From Amoebophrya sp. A120 (taxonomy: Eukaryota; Protista; Dinoflagellata): a stretch of DNA of 64,000 nucleotides. The number at the start of each line of letters is the position of its first letter. Position 1 is the stretch's first letter. The notes beneath the pieces are model-generated. The model made no database searches and was not told the origin of the DNA. It saw only the letters and a program-made list of their open reading frames with translations. The stretch is taken from the NCBI GenBank assembly GCA_905178155.1, contig CAJINV010000005.1:736564-800563 (forward strand). The letters are read 5' to 3'. The position numbers and the translations under genes were made by a program. Of the stretch, positions 53,201-62,761 are shown piece by piece.

Positions 53201-54463
53201 CCGGACCAAGTCGGTGGCGTCGACGAGGCGAATCGCTTGCCAGAGTTTCGTGTTGCGGTTCGTGGTCGCTGTCGGGCAGGAGAATGTTGATAGTACTTCT
53301 GATGGCAGTGGCACTTCTTCAAAGGAAGAGGATTTTGTTATTTCTAGCGCGGGCTTTACGTCCACGCTGAGGTAAAAGTGCATATTGTACATGTCGGCGA
53401 AGAATTTGAGTAGGTGGTGGAGTTTCTTCCGTAAGTGCTCTGCGAGTACCGGGTCTACTTGATCTTCTTGCCGCTGGTCAGAATTCATCTCGGTACTAGA
53501 AGTTGTCCTTGTCGTGCCACTAGCACCACCAGCTGAAGTTTCTATCCCGCAGCTCGCTGTGTAGACGGGCAAGACGCCAACGAATTTGGGAAAGATGAAC
53601 TTGTGCCTGACAGAACTTTGCAAAACATCCTCCACGTCTTCCACTTGCGTCCTATTCTGGCCCCGGTTTGGCGACTGTTGGCTAAGAACAAATTTGTGCC
53701 GGAGCTCGCCCCAATCATCTGCTGGGGACAAGGATCTTCCGTGTTCACCACCTCCACGACCGCCGTGGTGCCGGTGTGCTCGTAGTTGCTGCTGCAGTTC
53801 TTCTTCCGTGTGGATTGGAACCGCTTTTGAGTAGGCGTACGTGGTTCCCTGGAAAACCGCATTCTCTTCCCCTTCCCGGTGGAAGGCATTGAAGACGTAG
53901 GCAGTGGCCGCTTCGAGAAGCGTTTTGTAGTAGGCATACTCTTGCACCGCGGGATCGGTAGTTGCATGTTGTAGTCCTGGCGCTGCTCCAGCTCCTCCAC
54001 GTCCGCCTGCCGACGGAGTATAATTTTCATTGTCACCTTCGGCATCAAGCTCTCCCCCTGCCTCTGCAGCGAGCGAAACCACGAACACCTCCGGGTGCTG
54101 GGACAAGAATTGTTGGGATGGTTCTCCGTCATGATTGATAAGCACTCCGCTCTGAGCCACGGACGATGTGGCGTGGAAGAACTCGGTTGGACTTTCTTCA
54201 TGGGCGTGCCTCACGCCGCTCTGCCCGTCTGCAAACAGCTGCTCCTTTTCGAAACGAAGTAACAGCGCCTTTGTGGCTTTCGCATGAACGTAAAAATGCA
54301 GAGAAGCCACATATTGTTCATAGAGACACAACACATCGAGACAAAATAATGCAGAAAGTAGACATCCAATTTGTACGTGCACCAATGTCAAGGATCTGCT
54401 CAGGGATCGAAACAAAGAAACCGACTTTCCGCACGAGTAGGGCTTGACACATTTACGCGTCAT
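41216..54463 (-). CDS. Giant (~2849 aa) protein containing a GT92/DUF23-like glycosyltransferase motif
   Basis: 12 introners plus GT-AG intron 41445-41650; spliced length 8550 nt = 2850 codons; motifs AQGLVNTACLYRNRHVDWLLYTDLDEAMVP and SIHHYRY; N-terminal hydrophobic segment. Confidence 0.8.
41766..42073. mobile_element. TIR introner family C
   Basis: Perfect TSD gtcag; 308 bp. Confidence 0.95.
42154..42458. mobile_element. TIR introner family D
   Basis: TSD tgcga/cgcga; reverse orientation relative to the 10472 copy. Confidence 0.92.
43515..43774. mobile_element. TIR introner family A2
   Basis: TSD ttcgc/ttctc; 260 bp. Confidence 0.92.
43819..44080. mobile_element. TIR introner family A1
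   Basis: TSD tactc/tattc; 262 bp; closely similar to the reverse complement of 5669-5930. Confidence 0.95.
45931..46192. mobile_element. TIR introner family A1
   Basis: Perfect TSD gtgcc; 262 bp. Confidence 0.95.
46255..46575. mobile_element. TIR introner family B
   Basis: TSD gtttt/gtttc; 321 bp. Confidence 0.93.
48418..49717. mobile_element. TIR introner family E expanded to 1300 bp by a nested insertion
   Basis: Perfect TSD cgggc; the two halves match 9402-9556. Confidence 0.9.
48529..49656. mobile_element. Nested ~1.13-kb insertion with 19-bp TSD (retroposon-like)
   Basis: aaggaaagatttgtgatgc duplicated at 48510-48528 and 49657-49675. Confidence 0.8.
49760..50021. mobile_element. TIR introner family A2
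   Basis: Perfect TSD gaccg; 262 bp. Confidence 0.95.
51374..51681. mobile_element. TIR introner family C
   Basis: Perfect TSD gtaca; 308 bp. Confidence 0.95.
51738..52059. mobile_element. TIR introner family B
   Basis: Perfect TSD gtaca; 322 bp. Confidence 0.95.
52122..52380. mobile_element. TIR introner family A2
   Basis: Perfect TSD caccc; 259 bp. Confidence 0.93.
52463..52725. mobile_element. TIR introner family A1
   Basis: Perfect TSD ggaac; 263 bp. Confidence 0.93.
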
Positions 54464-55078
54464 ACTGAGTTGTAGACCTACCTGGTTTCTGCAGCCTTGG
54501 GAGCTCTTTTGAGGATATACGACAAGAATCAGATCATAGGGTAGTTAGGCACGAGACGCAACAATTTCAATTTATTTGATTGGGAAGAAGCAATTCCCAG
54601 TCCGTACCCCTCTCAGCACACCAAACCCTTAGCCAAAGACTCATACTTGCATTTTCTGCAGTGCGGTAAGTCGTGGTAACATTTGAATGCTACAAAATAT
54701 CAAAAACAAAAATGGCATACAAGCCGCGCCGAGATGGTTGTAAACTGCCGATCCTACGACCTAAAACGGCCGAGACACGGTTTATTTACTTAAATCAGAG
54801 AAAAAGGCGCGAAAGTGAGAAGAGCGGTCTGACGGTGGCAGGTGCTCGGGTTTCCCGAAGAAGCGGCTCGGTACCCACGGCCGAGGAGAAACTAGGCATA
54901 CAAATGGTCCACTGAAAGACCGGCGGCTCAGCAGCCTGGATACGAAGTGGCCTAGGATCAACTTGTTGAACAACGACAAACTTATTCCCTATTTCTAATA
55001 TCAATCTCCACTCAAGACCAGTCATCATCACAGAAGATCTTCAAAACTTTCTTTCATTTCAAGCCCTTATGGTGTCTT

Positions 55079-57377
55079 TTATTTCTCTTGGAAATCCCAC
55101 CACATAGAGCTTCTCTGTGCTAAGTGCGGGAGGTGGTCGTGTTGGTGTTCACAATATTTGTCCGTATCAAAGTAGTGGCCGCACTCTGGATAGCCTTCCC
55201 ACGTCATTCCGAACGACTTTTGGATCAAAAGCCCGAAAGGTGTCAGTGGCGTGACCCAAGGAACACCTTCCACATACCGCACTAGCTTCAGAATAACGGG
55301 CCAGAAGGGTAGCGCTTGCACAGTGAGCATGGCAAGAATTTCGGTCGCAAACGAAAGCCGCGGAAGCATCAGGCTCGCCGACTGCGGAACCAAGCGACCG
55401 CCCTCGAGATAGGCCGCAGCGTGCGGGCGGTGCTCAGCTGGACGGACCTCCGCATGTCGAAACTGGACGCAAGCGACCAGGACAGCGAATAGTAGCGAAA
55501 AACCCCAACCGAGAAAGAGCGACACCACCCGACCCAAGTAACAGCCCCGATACGCCTGCGCCCAGGCAGTTCGGGTCTCCGGCCTTGCGCATCGCATCGA
55601 CACTCGCTAATCGCCGTGTGTGCGCCACTCGTGTAGCGCCTGCTCGTCCAACGGATCCGACACCCCAAACAGTGCACCGGAGATGTCGACCCGCTCGCGG
55701 ACCACCTGCCGCGTTTCGAAAATCAATCGCAGCCCGACCGCGGCCAATACGGTGGTATGAAGCGCCTGCGACCATATCCGGGTATCTTCCTCGTGTATCG
55801 CCGACACACGAGTTCGGACTGTGCTCCTTCCCGAACCTGCTGAATCTCCTGCCGTCGTCGTCGGGGCTGCATTCGGAGCGTTCGCCCTAAAACTGTTGCT
55901 CGGCACGGCAGCCGTGATGATCATAAGGACGGACGGAACTATCAGCCAAACGACACGAAGCGCCAGATCGATCATGTGCTCGGTGGATATGACATCCAGT
56001 TTCGTTTCCAAAACGGTGTCGTAGCCGCTACAATTGTGATCGTACACGATCAGCGTGTAGCGCGAGAGCAGTGCGCAAATTTCGGCTATAACCAATCCCG
56101 CAATAAAGATCTTGCCCTCCGTGCTATCCCCTCGCTGGCACACACTTGACAAAGTCCCTTGCTCGGCGAAATCCCATGGAAGCAACCAGTATTTTTCCCG
56201 CTTCGCCGATGGTGGATTTAGGCGGTCGGCCGAAAGAGGGTCTGCTTGCTCACCACCTGCAAGGGCGGTCGCTTCCTGCTGCGGCCCCGCAGTGACATCT
56301 TCGCCACCCGCTGATTCTTCCTCTGGGCAGTACTCCCTTGGGAAAAAAACCAAGCGAATGGGCAGCGCTACGACAATGAGCGCAGCCGCGAACCCGGAAA
56401 GGAGGCACACCACAGCGGCAACGTAATCCATCCGCCATATTCCGAACGTGTGCACCATCAGCAATCCAGTCAGCTCCTCCACGGTTCCCCCGGCGTGGCG
56501 CACATCTGTCACGCTGTTGGCGCAGGCAGTGGCGTTCGCCTCGAGCATTGCAATCTTCTTCTGCGTCTCCGTCTCGAGCGTCGAAATCTTCTGCTGCATC
56601 TCCGTCTCGAGTATTGCCATCTTCTGCTGCATCTGGCGAAATTGCTGCTCCGTTGGGAAGCGTAGCTCCTCCTTCTGCGCTCCCGTGGCAGTGGCCCCCA
56701 CTGCCATGCTTCTCTTCTCCGATGTAGGGTACGCTCCAATCTGAAGCCACTCCCGCTGCTCGTGGTCCGCAGAGTTTCTACCCAGACCTTCGATCGACGT
56801 CGCTTTCGTCGGTGGGGGACGGGGTAGGGGGAGTTCTCGTCTGTTCGCGTTCCTGCTGCTTCTCGTTCCCGACCCGCGTAGCCGGTAATTCTTCAGGTGC
56901 GTCCCGTGTCTCAGCACTGCTCTGCAGAAACTCTTCCACTGTATCAAACTGCGCGCCGTCCTCGAGTAGCGGAGGCCCACGTGTCTCGTACTGGAAAAAT
57001 GCTGGCACCACGACCCCAGTCTGTAGCTCGTCCTGCACCTCCCCACCACTTTTGGGCGCAGGAGCGCGGTCGGAAAGCAGCTGCGACTGTTCGCCTCCAG
57101 GATGTTGTTGTACACCGACCAGGTTGCCATCTTCGGCTGCTAGTGTATGCCCTCGCGCACTTCTACTAACTTGGTGGAACTCGAGCGCGTGCTCCTCGTT
57201 GGCCTTCACTTCCTGCACCATTTCACTCCCGCAAACAAGGAGCAACGCCCCCGCAAGCGTTGCTCCGGTCGCGCAGACCATGAGTTGTGCGGGCAGGGAG
57301 CGCGACAGCCGCGGCCACCTCAAGAATAGTAGCAAATGTGACCACAACTCTGACACTAGTGCCCGCAATGACGACAT
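55079..57377 (-). CDS. Polytopic membrane protein with signal peptide and coiled-coil repeat; apparently frameshifted (possible pseudogene)
   Basis: Best coding reading switches frame near ~56795 and ~55610; several TM segments. Confidence 0.55.
56538..56635 (-). repeat. Coding 33-bp tandem repeat (three copies of QQKxxxLETE)
   Basis: atcttctgctgcatctccgtctcgag-type units. Confidence 0.75.
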
Positions 57378-57929
57378 GGGCGGCCTGGCCTTACTTTCAG
57401 AAAGAAAACACACATGTCGTCTCTATCGGTATCCTTGAGAAAAAATGGTTACGGCAAAGCCAATCATGGAAGCGAGTGTGCAGGTCTCATGTGCGAAATC
57501 TCCTATCCAAAAACAAAAGCTGCTTCTTCAAGGAAACAAAAGATCTTCGCTATGGGGGGCACAAACCAGGTTGCTTCACGACTGATCCTGGTCACGAAAG
57601 ACAATCACATGGACCGACATAAATAATTCCGAAGATCAGAAAAAACCCTAAATGAACAGCGGAGAAACTGCACCCAGTCCGCACCCTGAACAGGAATCTG
57701 CTCTTCGTTTCACACATCACTGCAGAGAAAACTCTTTTCATCATTTCTTGCCTATCACATTTTTGGTCGCTGCGTAGAATGTGGAATGAGTTGTAGTTCA
57801 CAACTGTCGTTTTGGAACGCAAAATCAATTATGCTTTATTCATTTTCCGCTGGTGTAGATTCGAGTGCTATGTGAATATTTTTCGGTATGGGCTTTAATA
57901 CAACACTCACCGCACCACAAACTCCGTCT

Positions 57930-60472
57930 TTAGAATTGAGCAAAGGGATTGTTGTGGTTGTTTGTGTATGCCCTTCTCTTCGGAGCAGCAGGCGCACCAC
58001 TGTGATAGTACACAGCACCGCCACGACTCGACGCTGCTGCTGCCCCGCCCGCGCGGTCCCGCGAGCGGGATCGAGATCGGGAATAGGAGCGGTCATCTTC
58101 ATCACTTTGGTCGGCGTGAAACGGGTTATTTGCAATATGACTGCTGCCCTTGCGATTTCTTCTAGTGCGCTGCTGGTTCTTTCGATTGGTCGATGAGCCT
58201 GGGTTGACATCAAAGGGTCCCTGCGCATACTGGACGTTGCTTTCGCTTTCCTCGGCGCGATTGTCGTAGTGACTTTGCTCCTCTACCACAAGGTTGTTGC
58301 TTCCGTTTCCAACCTCGTCTTGCTCCCTACTCGTTTCCAGCTCTGACTCGATCTCGTCCGCATCCGAAACAAATCGCTTCGTCTTGTACCCGTCATTCGC
58401 AATATCAAGTGTAAAAATGTCTGGGTCTGGATACTTGTAATGCTGCGTTGGGAATAGTGAATGCTCTGTGATGCACAGGCAAGCATGAGAACAAGTATCT
58501 GCGCTTCTTTGTGTTGCGTTTTTCGCATGACAAACTGCGTTTTTGCATGACAGGCAAAAGGGGCTCTTCTTGCACACGCATCACAAACTTTTTGGTCATG
58601 CCAGACAAGCATGACAAATCTCAAAATCTTCCAGACCCAGACAACATTTTTGCATTTGATACGCAAACCCCATCGGCAATCTTTGGGGCGACCCCGCGTT
58701 TTTCAGGATGCCACCGGGTTGACGGTTTTTCACGCGGCTTGAGGAGGAAGCGGTGGCCGCGCGACCTGGTTTTTTGAGTTGTTAGTTTGTGTTAATACAA
58801 AGATAGTTGTGCTGCTGATGTCAGTGCGGCCACGCCATGTCTTCTGCAAATGTCAAACTCAATTGCTCCATCTGTACTTATTTAATTAAAGTATTCGCAT
58901 CAAGAATAAATTAGAAAGTGACAACACTAATTCTACGCCCAAGAGCGGGAGCTGTTTACCAGTTACTATCTGACGAGTTCGACTATCTTCTCTGTAATCG
59001 CGATCGGGATAGCGCACTTGATGTCGACGCACCAAGGTGGACGTGGACGTGATTATAGGGGAAGAACCGTCTATAATACCTCCTACTCCACCCACCCCGA
59101 ACGAACTGAGGTCCTCAGCACTCTCGTCCCTGTCCTCGTTGGTTCCCATTTGCGGAGGTGCCCAGTCTCTTAAGCGCATCAAGCATTTGACATGCCGTTT
59201 TTCCTCCTCCCGCTTTTCCGCGCTGTCCAACCCGTACCCATCCGCCTCTTCAATGGCCACCCCGTTTTTCTTGTCCTCCGCCCTCTTCGCGTAGTCCCGT
59301 CGGATGCGGTTGTAGGATCGGGTCGTGAGCAAGGACAGCTCCTCCGACATGTCCAGGAACGCGGCCACCTTTTCCGCGTCGTCCGCGATCGTTTCGCCGA
59401 AGAAGGGATGCAAGTTGTGGTCGTCTGGGTGGGCCAGGGGTAGCTGTCTCTCTTCATCCATGGGCAGGGCCGTCCGGGCGACGACGTTTCGCGTCTCAAT
59501 GATCTGGTCCAGCGCGTCGACGCAATCCACCAGGTGCCGCTTCTTACACTTGTTCCTCTTCCCATTCTATGGATTGCAAAAGTGTCTGGGTCTGGATCTG
59601 GAAGAATGCAGGAGTCTGTCATGCAGATTTTGCATGACCCATGAGGTCTGTGATGCATGCCCTAGCATCAGAGATTTTGCGAGGGCTTTCTGATGCTCAT
59701 ACTGCATGAGAAATGCCCTATCCGCGTAGCACAAATTACACCTCTTTTGCTGTTCATGCAATACAGTTTCTATGTAGATTCCAAAAGTAGCATCACAAGT
59801 TGTATCCTTCCAGACCCAGACATTTTTACATTTGATACATTCGCCCGCGCGTGACTCGTGTCCCAGTACCGGAAGACCTTCCGCAGGGCGATATCAAACG
59901 GCAAAATCCCCCTTCCCCATATCGAAACGAAATTTCTGATGCTGGATTTGGATACACAAATCAGATTTGTGTTGCAGAAAGGCATTGCGGCCAGATCCCC
60001 AGGCTAGGTGGGGGTGTATGGGTCTAGTTGCTCAGCATGGCAAACGGCCCCCCTTTAGGCCCAACGGCATGACAAATCGCCTCCATAGTCTGGCGGAAGC
60101 TTTTGCCCTTGTCTTCTTGCAAGACAAATGTGATTTGTGACCTCAAATCAGCAATACAAATTTCCGGAGACATACCTTTTCAATGTGGGGAGGGGGGGGT
60201 TTTTCCTCTCAATAGGCGACGCCGCTGTCCACCTGCCACCCGTTCGGTTTGCGGCAGCACAAGCAGCGCGGACTCCAGTGATGCGAGTTTAACACGTTCA
60301 CACCTTCGTCCTCCGGCGGGGGCAGTTGCATCACCCAGGGCGCAACGGAGTATGCCTTTTCTTCCTCGGTAAGGAGCCGGTCCAGGTCGCGGGACTGGTT
60401 TACTATGGAGCAAATATCCCGCCAGCACTGGGTCTTGCCGCTCTTCTTGTTGCTCGAGGAGGAGCCCGGCAT
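57930..60472 (-). CDS. Cys/His (Zn-finger-like) protein with RS-rich tail; paralog of 61373-62761
   Basis: WSPRCLCCRKPNGW...VA|LRKVFRYWDTSHARAN|GKRNKCKKRH; three introners plus GT-AG intron 58766-58959; RSRSRSR tail. Confidence 0.8.
58403..58661. mobile_element. TIR introner family A2
   Basis: Perfect TSD cgcaa; 259 bp. Confidence 0.95.
59568..59837. mobile_element. TIR introner family A1
   Basis: Perfect TSD cattc; 270 bp. Confidence 0.93.
59892..60214. mobile_element. TIR introner family B
   Basis: Perfect TSD ggcga; 323 bp. Confidence 0.95.
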
Positions 60473-61372
60473 GATTTTCGAATTCTTAGGGATAGGGTAT
60501 CTATAGAAAAAGGTAAAGTCACTTAAGAGTACTGTCGTTGTCGCGTTTTTATTGAAGATGCTTCTTCTAGGGATGAAACCGCAACCGAGGGAAAACTACA
60601 AATCATCATGGTTGATGTACTAGCGGTTGTCATTGGTGTAGTTCCTTTTATCCTTCTTTCTCGTTCTCTTTCACTTTGTATCAGCGCGAAAAAGCTCTGC
60701 GAAAAACAATACAAACAAGTGATTCAGGTCAGGATGCCTGCCAGCATGGACGTTAAGTACAGCTCAGAGACCATTACATTCCATCCGCTCGTGAGCGCAG
60801 AATTTCCGAACCGGGTGGGTCTCGTTCGGGTTCCTATTCCTATCTAAAGCTGTGCATGATCCTCACAGTGATCAAGTGCGGGCTGCAAAAATGCGTATTC
60901 TCTTTGTGCTTCCAGTACGATTTCTATTCGAAGTAATACATAGATCAAGCACCCACACAAACAACAGTGTGATCCTTCATATTCTTTTGAAAAGAACTGC
61001 GCTCCGACACGCGGCACGGAACCTTGATTAGAAGTATGTCCAGTTGCTAAAAAGTAGATCATCCAGGTGGTTTCCATTCGATCTTGCGGTGAAAGTGGTG
61101 GAACACAAAGGCCATGACGAATGAATCGGCGCCAACACAAAAAAAGGAACAGGAGGACAAAGTTGATTCATTCTGGAGCGATACACAATGTACAGATCGG
61201 AAATGGTCGCATTAGATAGTTGTGCCAGGAAGGGATCACTGTCTCTTGCAATACGTACGTGTCGTCGGAAGCGGAACGGGAAGAATATTCATCTATCACT
61301 TTCGCTTGACTGTTTGAAAAAAAAGAAGTCTGCGTGAATCTGAATTCTAGTTCAACTTGACCGAATAACAAT

Positions 61373-62761
61373 CTACCGGGGGCGCACAGGACCACCTCCA
61401 CGATTACTCGACGAGGCCCCAGGACCACCGGGGTTGTTCACTCCGTAATTTCTGCCCCCTCGGTTCTTGCCCTTGCCGCCCCGTCGCTCCTCTAGGGAAC
61501 GGGAACGGGACCGGGGGCGCCGGTAGGAGGAAGATGAGGACGCGACGTTATTGCGGCTGTTGGCGCTGGTTCTATTGTTCGCATTTTCATTCCCTCTAGA
61601 GGATGAAGGTGCGCCACTTCCCGCTTGCCTCAAGTTTACTGATCCGTAGTGCACCTCTCGGCGCGGTTGTTGCTGGTTGCGCATGTAGTATCCCGGCGGC
61701 TTACTCGAGGACGTGGAAGCAGCAGAGAAGGTCTCTTCGTTGCTGTTCACCATAAACGGATTTGCTGGCGCTTGCTGATAGAAACTCGAAACAGACGAGA
61801 TTCCCGCACGGACCGACGAAGCGACCGACGAGATTCCCGCACGGAGCATTGCAGCAGACATAGCGCCCGCGCTGCGGATGCCGCTGGAGCTGGGCGTCAT
61901 CGGAACGGATCGGAGGTCGATGTCCTCGTTGAATTCATCATCCGGCTCCTCCTCTTCTTCATAGTGTGCATCTATGTCTTCATCCTGTGCGCTATCATTG
62001 CCACCACGGGGCCCATTGTTCATATGCAGTAGCTCGAATTGCTCCTCTTCTTCGCCGGGTTCTTCGTCGTATTCCTCGTCCACCATATCTGTCGTCCAGG
62101 GTCGGAGCCGCAGCAGAATCCTCGCGAACCGTTTCTCTTCCTCGAGCTTCTCCTGCTGATTCCACTGGGCACCGTCGGCCGGCTCGTTTCGGGTCAAGCG
62201 CGTCCGGATCGACGCAAAAGACCGGCACGTCGTGGCGGACAAATCGTCGGCGATATCCAAGAACGCAGCTCTGTCCGGCACTTGGTAGTTGTGGAAGAAA
62301 GGGTGGAGGAGCTGGTTGTCGGGATGACCCAGGATACTATTTTCACCCTCTGCGCCCACAAACTCCTGATCCAGCGCCAAAACCTCCGCCCGGATCTGCA
62401 GCAAGTCATTCATCGTCTCCACGCTGCCGCTCGCGGTCTCGTTGGCGCTCCTGGCAAAGTGCCGCCTTTTGCACTTGTTTCGTTTGCCGTCTGCGCGCGC
62501 GTGCGCGGTGTCCCAGTGCTTGAAGGCGGACAGCAGCGCGACGCCCTCCGCGTCCCAGCCGTTTGGCTGCCGGCAGAGAAGGCAACGCGGCCCCCACCAC
62601 TTCCTGTCGTGGAAGGAGTCGGCATCTTGTGGGAGGGTCAGAATCCAGGGCGCAAGGTAGAAACTCCGCTCAGTCTCCGTGAGCAACTGCGCCGGGTTGC
62701 CGCCGTTTCGGCTCGCCCGGTCGACTTCCTTTTTGATTTGCTGCTTGTTCATGATCGCCAT
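61373..62761 (-). CDS. Cys/His (Zn-finger-like) protein with acidic and RS/RGG-rich tail; uninterrupted ORF
   Basis: 462-aa ORF; WGPRCLLCRQPNGW...VALLSAFKHWDTAHARADGKRNKCKRRH; RPRSRSRS and RGG tail. Confidence 0.85.
   Translation of the reverse strand: MAIMNKQQIKKEVDRASRNGGNPAQLLTETERSFYLAPWILTLPQDADSFHDRKWWGPRCLLCRQPNGWDAEGVALLSAFKHWDTAHARADGKRNKCKRRHFARSANETASGSVETMNDLLQIRAEVLALDQEFVGAEGENSILGHPDNQLLHPFFHNYQVPDRAAFLDIADDLSATTCRSFASIRTRLTRNEPADGAQWNQQEKLEEEKRFARILLRLRPWTTDMVDEEYDEEPGEEEEQFELLHMNNGPRGGNDSAQDEDIDAHYEEEEEPDDEFNEDIDLRSVPMTPSSSGIRSAGAMSAAMLRAGISSVASSVRAGISSVSSFYQQAPANPFMVNSNEETFSAASTSSSKPPGYYMRNQQQPRREVHYGSVNLRQAGSGAPSSSRGNENANNRTSANSRNNVASSSSSYRRPRSRSRSLEERRGGKGKNRGGRNYGVNNPGGPGASSSNRGGGPVRPR

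Noticed and set aside
5498-60372. Recurring ORF peptides such as FQTQTFLHLI, IKCKNVWVWK and KNPPSPY as a repeated protein domain
   Set aside because: They are translations of the TIRs of families A and B, read through from exons
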